From Myxococcota bacterium (GTDB taxonomy: Bacteria > Myxococcota > JACRCW01), in contig JBFMGU010000167.1 of assembly GCA_040752415.1 (NCBI GenBank), positions 1-23,820 on the forward strand: DNA of 23,820 nt. Reading direction: 5' to 3'. Positions 17,528-23,820 of the stretch are shown here, piece after piece. The notes beneath the pieces were generated by a model. It did not search any database. It was not told the DNA's origin and was given only the letters and a program-made list of their open reading frames with translations. Numbering within the stretch: the first letter of the stretch is position 1; each line of letters begins with the position of its first letter. The translations under genes and the position numbers were made by a program.

Positions 17528-20500
17528 TGCTCAAGCACTTCGTCATCGCCGCCGCGGTCCTCCTGCCGTCGCTGGCGCACGCGCAGTACGTCGAGAACGT
17601 GACGTTCACCGTCAAGGACAACGTTGCGGGCCCCAACACGCCGCGCCCGTGGAACACCGTGCACCTGATGCTGGACCACGCAGGTGGACGCAACAAGCTG
17701 CAGAACGCCCGCCCCATGACTCGCATGCCCGACGAGAACGGGGCGCGCGTCTTCTCCATCACCGTGCCCATGGAGGAGGGCGACTACATCTACGTGTTCG
17801 TGGTGAACGTGGAGGACATTGGCACCGGCGGCGTGGATCTCAGCGACCCCAACCTCAACCCCGACGACGTGGCCGACAACAAGTTCTTCACCGAGCCCAA
17901 CCCGCGCTTCCAGGGCTTCGGCGGTCAGTACGGCAAGGACAACGTCTACTTCGTGCGCGACCCCAATCGCCCCACGTTCAACAAGGACAGCTTCCAGCCC
18001 GGCTACGGCGCGCTCATCACCGGCAACAGCGTCACGTTCAGTGTCACCGTCAACGCCGGCGCCGACGCGCGCGCGCTCGGTGGTCCCGGCAGCGCTGTCC
18101 CGCCCCGCGTGGAGGTCCAGCTCGGCGATCCGCCCGGTGTCCGCTACACCAACCCCGCCGACGTCACCGAGCCGCAGTGGCTCGAGCTCTCGCCCGTCAC
18201 GTTCAACTACGACGCCAACCAGCGTCGGGGAACCATCTCCGCCACGTGGCAGAACCCCACGGAGGGCTTCCACTTCGTGCGTTTCAACGTCGCCAATGAC
18301 CAGGGTCTGGCAGCGGACCCGCACCTCGGCTCCATCCAGGTCAACCGCGACAACCAGCCGCCCGTCGCCAACGCGGGCAGCACGAAGTTCGGCAAGGTGG
18401 GGCAGGAGATCGTCATCAACGGCGGCATGACCAACGACCCGGACCTCGTCGGCCTGCAAAGCTACAACTGGCGCGTCATCAGCGGTCCCGGCGGCGCCAA
18501 CGTGACCTGGCGCTACGTGGAGGAGGAGCGCATTCCCCGCGACGGCTTCGGCAAGGGCATCGTCGACGAGCATGGCAACCTGCAGGGCGACAACATCAAC
18601 CAGCCCACCGCGCTCCCCCGCTTCAAGACCGACCGCGCCGGGACGTACGAGATCGGCATGACGGTGACGGACATCGGCGGCGCGCAGAGCGCGGAGTCGG
18701 TGACGCGTGTCGTCGTGGTGGACAGCTTCAATCCCGCCATCAAGGTGCGGCTGGAGCCCTACGTGGACGGCAATGACATCGTCATCGACGCCTCCCTCTC
18801 CAGCGGCCCCGGCGCCACGTCCATGACGGTGTATCCCGACGCGGCGAACGCGGTGGCCATCAATCCCTCGGTGAACGGGATGGTGGCGCGTTTCCCCAAG
18901 CCGCCGCCGGGCTTCTACCTCTTCCACGTCATGGTCGGCGGCAACAGCTACCACCGCTCCGTGTTCGTCCACGTCGACGAGGCGGGCAACGCGTTCACGC
19001 AGGACTACGGCACACCGCCCAAGCCGTGGCGCGAGGACCGCGTGATGTACCTGGCGTTCGTCCGCGAGTTCTACGACAGCAACAACGACGGGGAGGGTGA
19101 CTTCCTCGGCATGATCGACAAGCTGGTCCACCTGCAGCAGCTCGGCGTGAACGCGGTGTGGCTCATGCCGCTGACGCCCGGCCCCACCACGCACGGCTAC
19201 GCCGCCAGCGCGCAGTTCAACAGCGAGGAAGACTACGGCACGCTGGAGCAGTTCGAGCTGCTGGTGCAGACCGCGGACGCGCTGGGCATCGAGGTCATCA
19301 TGGACCTGGTGGCCAATCACACGTCGGCGGAGCACCCCTTCTTCGTCAACGCGCAGGCCAGCACGCAGAGCAGTCTCCGCAACTGGTACCCGTTCAACGC
19401 CGACGGCACCTACCGCTACGCGTTCGACTTCATCGCGCTCCCCGACGTCGACACGAACAATCCGCTGGTGCGCCGCAACATCGTGAACATGGTGAACTTC
19501 TGGATGGAGCGCGGCGTGCGCGGCGTGCGTGCGGACATTGCCGGATTCACCTCGCCCATCCTCTGGGAGGACGTGCGGCGGGCGGTGAAGACGCACAACC
19601 CGCAGGGCGTGGTCCTCGCCGAGCTCATCCCGCCCCAACCGGAGTACTTCGACCAGCGCTTTGACATGGCGTACGGCGCGGAGACGTTCTGGGAGCTGCG
19701 CAACGGCATCGGTGGCTCGGGTGACCTGCAGAACATCGACAACGGCCTCGAGCGTGAGGAGACGTTCTTCTCCCGCGCCACCAGCGCGCGCGTGCGTGAG
19801 TCGCTGCGTCAACAGGACATCCTGTGGATGCACTACCTGGACAACCAGGATGAGGACCGCTTCCTGCTCCGCGCGGGCAAGGATCTCCGTCGGAGCCGCG
19901 TGGGCGCGGGCGTGCTGATGACGCTCCCCGGCGTGCCGCTGGTCTACTACGGCGACGAGGTGGGCATCCCCGAGCTGCGCGGCCGCATGCCCTTTGGCGC
20001 GTTCTCTCCCGGCGGGCAGGCCCTCCTGGAGCTGTACCGCAAGCTCATCCTCATCCGTCGTCACAACGCCGCGCTGGCCGCACATGACGACGCACCCGAG
20101 CTGCAACCCGGCAACAGCTACCTGCGCATCAACAGCAACGCCGACCAGGGCGGTGGCAACGTGTTCAGCTTCGTGCGCTACGGCTCGCACCAGCGGTTCA
20201 TCGTGCTGGCCAATCGCAACGACTCCACGGTGCTGGGCACGGCGGTGAAGTTCTATCCCCCGTCCGCCATCATGACGGAGTTCCCCGACGGACCGCTGAA
20301 GCTCGTCGACCACCTGGACCCCACCGACCAGCGCACCATCAACAAGGCGGACCTGCTCTCACCCAACGGCGCCACCGCGTCGGTGCGCGGGTTCACCACC
20401 AAGATCTACCAGGTCACCCGCTTTGGCATCCCCGACGAGGACCACGACACCGTGCTGGACAGCTATGACCGCTGCGTCGGCCGCGCCAACGCGGACCAGC

Positions 20501-21630
20501 TGGACTCCGACACCGACGACGTGGGCGACGCCTGCGACGTGTGCCCGTCCACGCCCGTGGGCCAGGTCGTGAACACCAGCGGTTGCCCCGTGGAGGCCGG
20601 TGATCCCCGTCGTCGCTACACGCTGGATGGCTGGGTTGACGACGAGGCGTACCAGGTGGCGGAGAGCAACGGCCGGCGTCTGTACGCCTCGTTCAATGGA
20701 CAGACGCTCTACCTCGCCACCGGGGCGGCGCAGCGTGGAGAGGACGTGGTCATCGTCGTCAGCGACAACGAGGGGCAGACCCGCGGCGCCCCGTTTGGCA
20801 AGAGCGGGCAGGTGGCCTTCGGTGGTCGCTTCATCGCCGACGAGGGCGACAACGACTACTCGGATTGGAGTGGTTGCACCGGACAGGCGCGCTCCGCCAC
20901 CGTCCCCGTGCCCGGGCGTGGTCACCTCGAGGGAGCGCTGAACGTGCTCGAGGAGTTCGGTCGCATTCCGGAGCGTCTGCGCGTGGCGGTGCTGGTGTAC
21001 GGCGGCGGTGCCAACGGCACGCTGCAGGCGCAGGTCCCCGCCGCGGTCAATGGCGACGGAAACGTGACGGAGGATGAGCTCTTCGTGCTGGACCTGGTGG
21101 CGCCGGAGCTGCCGGATGCGGGGCCCGTCGTCGTCGACGCGGGACGGCCGGATGCCAACGGCAACACGCCCGACGCCAATGTCACCGACGCGGATGGCTC
21201 GGTCATCGTCGGTGGCGACGGGGGACGGCGGGATGCCGGCGTGCGTCGCGACGCGGGTCTGGTGAACACCGACGGAGACCGCGACGGCGACGGCCTCACC
21301 GACGACCGCGACAACTGCCTCTCGCTCTACAACCCGGACCAGGGTGACTACGACCTGGACGGCGTGGGTGACGCCTGCGACGTCTGCCCCATCAGCCACC
21401 CGGGTGACGACGTCGACAACTCCGGCTGCGTGATCGGCCCGCCGCGCCTGGACGCTGGCACCGGTTCCCGTCCGGAGCCCAAGCTGCAGGAGGACCCCGA
21501 GGTACCGCCGCCGGCGCAGCAGGGCTTGTGCAGCTGCAACCAGTCCCGCCGCAACCTCGACGACGGGACCGCCGCGTTCCTGTTGGCCGCGTTCGGGTTG
21601 GTGTGGATGGTGAGGAGGAGGCGCGCGTGA
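17524..21630 (+). CDS. Secreted multidomain GH13 glycoside hydrolase with MYXO-CTERM anchor
   Basis: Start is GTG 17524 or ATG 17527; signal peptide ends AHA|Q. N-terminal CBM48-like module (PM..G..F.ITVPMEEGDYIYVFVVN..DP.LNP) and a PKD-like module (NQPPVANAG..NDPD..SYNW..GTYEIGMTVTD). GH13 motifs FYDSNNDGEGDF, GVNAVWLMP, HGY, MDLVANH, GVRAD (D671), LAE (E700), LDNQD and LPGVPLVYYGDE. Two TSP3 clusters. C-terminal CSC, TM helix and RRRR tail. Confidence 0.92.
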   Translation: MMLKHFVIAAAVLLPSLAHAQYVENVTFTVKDNVAGPNTPRPWNTVHLMLDHAGGRNKLQNARPMTRMPDENGARVFSITVPMEEGDYIYVFVVNVEDIGTGGVDLSDPNLNPDDVADNKFFTEPNPRFQGFGGQYGKDNVYFVRDPNRPTFNKDSFQPGYGALITGNSVTFSVTVNAGADARALGGPGSAVPPRVEVQLGDPPGVRYTNPADVTEPQWLELSPVTFNYDANQRRGTISATWQNPTEGFHFVRFNVANDQGLAADPHLGSIQVNRDNQPPVANAGSTKFGKVGQEIVINGGMTNDPDLVGLQSYNWRVISGPGGANVTWRYVEEERIPRDGFGKGIVDEHGNLQGDNINQPTALPRFKTDRAGTYEIGMTVTDIGGAQSAESVTRVVVVDSFNPAIKVRLEPYVDGNDIVIDASLSSGPGATSMTVYPDAANAVAINPSVNGMVARFPKPPPGFYLFHVMVGGNSYHRSVFVHVDEAGNAFTQDYGTPPKPWREDRVMYLAFVREFYDSNNDGEGDFLGMIDKLVHLQQLGVNAVWLMPLTPGPTTHGYAASAQFNSEEDYGTLEQFELLVQTADALGIEVIMDLVANHTSAEHPFFVNAQASTQSSLRNWYPFNADGTYRYAFDFIALPDVDTNNPLVRRNIVNMVNFWMERGVRGVRADIAGFTSPILWEDVRRAVKTHNPQGVVLAELIPPQPEYFDQRFDMAYGAETFWELRNGIGGSGDLQNIDNGLEREETFFSRATSARVRESLRQQDILWMHYLDNQDEDRFLLRAGKDLRRSRVGAGVLMTLPGVPLVYYGDEVGIPELRGRMPFGAFSPGGQALLELYRKLILIRRHNAALAAHDDAPELQPGNSYLRINSNADQGGGNVFSFVRYGSHQRFIVLANRNDSTVLGTAVKFYPPSAIMTEFPDGPLKLVDHLDPTDQRTINKADLLSPNGATASVRGFTTKIYQVTRFGIPDEDHDTVLDSYDRCVGRANADQLDSDTDDVGDACDVCPSTPVGQVVNTSGCPVEAGDPRRRYTLDGWVDDEAYQVAESNGRRLYASFNGQTLYLATGAAQRGEDVVIVVSDNEGQTRGAPFGKSGQVAFGGRFIADEGDNDYSDWSGCTGQARSATVPVPGRGHLEGALNVLEEFGRIPERLRVAVLVYGGGANGTLQAQVPAAVNGDGNVTEDELFVLDLVAPELPDAGPVVVDAGRPDANGNTPDANVTDADGSVIVGGDGGRRDAGVRRDAGLVNTDGDRDGDGLTDDRDNCLSLYNPDQGDYDLDGVGDACDVCPISHPGDDVDNSGCVIGPPRLDAGTGSRPEPKLQEDPEVPPPAQQGLCSCNQSRRNLDDGTAAFLLAAFGLVWMVRRRRA
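21529..21630 (+). other. MYXO-CTERM-type C-terminal sorting signal
   Basis: CSCNQSRRNLDDGTAAFLLAAFGLVWMVRRRRA: a Cys motif, a hydrophobic helix and a poly-Arg tail. Confidence 0.85.
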
Positions 21631-22307
21631 GCCGGGTTCTCGTCGGGGGAGTGGTGGTGGCGCTGGTGGGCTGCGGGCCGTTGGGGCCAACCCCGCGTCC
21701 CAAGGACCTGCGCGTGGTGAAGGCACGGCTCATCCCGCCGAGCTCGCAGACCGAGGCGCTCGGGGGCACGCGTTCCGTCCAGCTTGCGGCGGCGTCCGTC
21801 GAGGGAGGTCAGCTCAAGGAGCTGCACGTGGGCGACGCGGTGGACCCGCGCACGGTGCAGACCATCTCCGTCGGTGTGCCCAAGGGCCAGTCGGTGAACC
21901 TTTTCGTGCAGACCCCCAAGGGCAACGCGGCCGCGTTCGGTCAGCTCGTCGCCGTCATCGAGTGGAGCGACGGCCACGGCGGCGTCACCTCGCGTCTGCC
22001 CGCGGGCAACGAGAACTCACCGGACATCGACCTCGGTGAGCTCAACTGGGTCACCGGCAGCGCCAGCACGCTCGCCGATAACCGGCTCCCCGTGGATGAC
22101 GCGCACAACCCGCTGGACACCTCCGACCGTGATGGCGACGCCGCCAGCGACCTCACCGACACCGACGACGACAGCGACGGAACCGACGACGCCACGGACG
22201 TGGATGCCGACGGGGACGGCTTCGCGGATCAGGATCAGGCCCTGCGGTCCCTGCCGGATCGCAATGGCCAGGAGGACCAGGACGGCGTCCCGGATGAGCT
22301 GGAGTAG
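21627..22307 (+). CDS. Lipoprotein with an Asp-rich, probably Ca2+-binding C-terminal region
   Basis: GTG 21627 overlaps the upstream stop, with a GAGGAGGAGG RBS; 226 aa. Lipobox ALVG-C16. Tandem DxDxDG loops (DRDGDAASD, DDDSDGTDD, DADGDGFAD, DQDGVPD). Confidence 0.82.
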   Translation: MSRVLVGGVVVALVGCGPLGPTPRPKDLRVVKARLIPPSSQTEALGGTRSVQLAAASVEGGQLKELHVGDAVDPRTVQTISVGVPKGQSVNLFVQTPKGNAAAFGQLVAVIEWSDGHGGVTSRLPAGNENSPDIDLGELNWVTGSASTLADNRLPVDDAHNPLDTSDRDGDAASDLTDTDDDSDGTDDATDVDADGDGFADQDQALRSLPDRNGQEDQDGVPDELE

Positions 22308-22388
22308 GAAAACCGCTGCAATTTCAGGTGGTTGCATCACTGGCGCCAATCGCCGGGTGCCCGGTCTTGGTCGCGGACCCGCCGTCGG

Positions 22389-22416
22389 TTGAGAAGCGGA
22401 GGCCGTTTGGTATGTT
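22389..22416 (+). promoter_or_regulatory. Candidate sigma70-type promoter
   Basis: TTGAGA (22389-22394), 16-nt spacer, TATGTT (22411-22416) with an extended -10 TG. It lies just upstream of the GGAGG RBS and ATG 22442. Confidence 0.4.
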
Positions 22417-22441
22417 CCCGGCCCCTTCCGGGAGGCCCCGC

Positions 22442-23668
22442 ATGAAGTTCGCCTGCGATTCGTGCGACACCAAGTACGTCATCCCCGACGAGCGCGTGGA
22501 GGGGAAGCTGTTGCGCATCCGCTGCAAGCGGTGCCGGCAGGTCATGGAGGTCAGCGGCGCGATGCCTCCTCGGGCGGTCACCAAGCCGGGCAAGATCTCC
22601 GCGGTGCGCAACCAGGACGTGGCCCGGCACGAGCCGCTCTTCTCGGCCAAGCGCTCGGGCAACTGGGATCCCTTCGTCGCGGCGGGTGGCTCCGGCCTGT
22701 TCTCCATGGGCTCCGGCAAGGTCCGCCTGGGTGCTGCCACCGGCAGCGGTCTGGATGCACGCCCCGACGTCACCCCGCCTCCCGCGCCCCAGATGGCCGT
22801 GGAGATGTGGCACGTGGCCATTCGCGGCAAGGCGCGCGGCCCCTTCACGCGTGACGAGCTGGAGGTCCTGGCCGCACGCGGCACCATCCGCGCCCGCAGC
22901 TGGGTGTGGCGTCCCGGGATGGAGCGCTGGATGCGGCTGCAGGGCGTGGAGGAGCTCGCCACCGTCGAGGCCATCATCACGCGTCGGGGGACCAGCGTGA
23001 CGCCTCCGGCGGTGGACGGCGCCAGCTCCGACGGAGACTCGCTGAACCTGAGCAAGGAGTGGCCGCCGCGCCCCGTCGAGGGGCAGGCCCAGGCCGCCAT
23101 GCCGTTCGCCAACCTGATCAATTCCCACGCGGAATGGGCGCTGCCGCCGCAGACTCCTGCGGACATCACGTCGGAGATTTCCACCTCCGGCACCTCCACG
23201 GGTGGCACCGGCTGGTACGCGCTGGACGCGGCCGCGCTCGAGGAGCTGCTCGAGGATGAGAGCCGTCACGTGCCAGGCACCAGCGCCATGGTCACGGGCG
23301 TGCATCTCATCCACCGTCCCATCCGGCGCATTGCGCTGGCGGTGCTCGGTGGCACGCTGCTGATGGCGGTGGTCATGGCGCTCATCGCGGTGCCCCAGCT
23401 CATCGAGATGCGCTCCGCCGAGAAGGTGTGGGCCAAGCCCGCCGAGCGCGCGCCGGTGGGCACCACGGTGGTGGACCCCGCGCACGTGACGCCGTCGGAG
23501 CACGTGCTGGGACTCGCCGGTCGTCCCACCGCTGCGCCCGCTCCTGCGCCCGCTGCCGCCGCGCCTGCTCCCACGACGAGCGCTCCCGCCAAGCCCAACC
23601 TGGAAGCGCTGAAGAGCGCCATGGGCGAGACCGCGGAAGAGATGCTGAAGAAGAACTCGAAGCGCTGA
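22442..23668 (+). CDS. Zinc-ribbon (MJ0042-type) + GYF_2 domain single-pass membrane protein (AgmX/GltJ-like N-terminal architecture)
   Basis: ATG 22442 after GGAGG (22431-22435); 408 aa. Zinc ribbon MKFACDSCDTKYVIPDERV..IRCKRC. GYF_2 motif WHVAIRGKARGPF..L..G.I...SWVWRPGMERW. TM segment IALAVLGGTLLMAVVMALIAV. Ala/Pro-rich tail. Confidence 0.88.
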   Translation: MKFACDSCDTKYVIPDERVEGKLLRIRCKRCRQVMEVSGAMPPRAVTKPGKISAVRNQDVARHEPLFSAKRSGNWDPFVAAGGSGLFSMGSGKVRLGAATGSGLDARPDVTPPPAPQMAVEMWHVAIRGKARGPFTRDELEVLAARGTIRARSWVWRPGMERWMRLQGVEELATVEAIITRRGTSVTPPAVDGASSDGDSLNLSKEWPPRPVEGQAQAAMPFANLINSHAEWALPPQTPADITSEISTSGTSTGGTGWYALDAAALEELLEDESRHVPGTSAMVTGVHLIHRPIRRIALAVLGGTLLMAVVMALIAVPQLIEMRSAEKVWAKPAERAPVGTTVVDPAHVTPSEHVLGLAGRPTAAPAPAPAAAAPAPTTSAPAKPNLEALKSAMGETAEEMLKKNSKR

Positions 23669-23820
23669 GGGAACGCGGAAGCGGCCCAGAAACCCCTGAT
23701 CGTCGGACGGTGCGGGGAGCCGCTCTGCAGTGGACCGCGGGCTGCCGCTCGCGCGATTGGGCCGATTCAAAGCCCGCGGCATTGCCAGACACCCGTAAGC
23801 CCCAGCGCTGCAAGCAGCCT

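Larger units (their letters stand above)
8027..22307 (+). other. Six-gene translationally coupled cell-surface alpha-glucan-degradation operon
   Basis: Junctions are a 2-nt gap, then GTGA, ATGA, GTGA and GTGA overlaps, each with an SD-like sequence. It contains two GH13 enzymes and four lipoproteins, all with export signals. Confidence 0.8.

Noticed and set aside
21043..21096. VNGDGNVTEDELFVL as a second dockerin in the second GH13 enzyme
   Set aside because: Only one loop, with no second repeat or helix pair. More likely an isolated Ca-binding loop.
4577..21726. Long minus-strand ORFs (588, 786, 1089, 560, 937 and 455 aa)
   Set aside because: They mirror well-supported plus-strand genes and show shadow-frame composition, with no domain evidence.
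23735..23779. 9-bp inverted repeat CCGCGGGCT/AGCCCGCGG after the last gene
   Set aside because: 27-nt loop and no U-tract; plausible by chance at this GC content.

Overview
High-GC window from a probable Myxococcota-type (deltaproteobacterial) genome. This assignment is inferred from a kinase-TM-PEGA protein, a MYXO-CTERM tail, DAG-rich linkers and a zinc-ribbon/GYF protein. On the minus strand at the left are a stand-alone SWIB protein, an S1 serine-protease lipoprotein and a Ser/Thr kinase. The divergent intergenic region holds a 254-bp near-perfect nested inverted repeat. On the plus strand is a translationally coupled trio: a VIT-vWA sortase target (NPQGG tail), a class GN-like sortase and a DUF4214-like protein. 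Next comes a 14.3-kb, six-gene, tightly coupled cell-surface alpha-glucan operon. It encodes a secreted GH13 amylase ending in a dockerin-like module, a small lipoprotein with a cohesin-like domain, two large lipoproteins built from Ig-like repeats and shared uncharacterised CBM-like modules, a second GH13 enzyme with a MYXO-CTERM anchor, and an Asp-rich lipoprotein. A zinc-ribbon/GYF_2 membrane protein closes the window. The best candidate for an undescribed system is a cohesin-dockerin, 'amylosome'-like outer-surface starch/glycogen-degrading assembly in a Gram-negative myxobacterium-like organism. All domain calls are by eye from motifs; no database searches were run.
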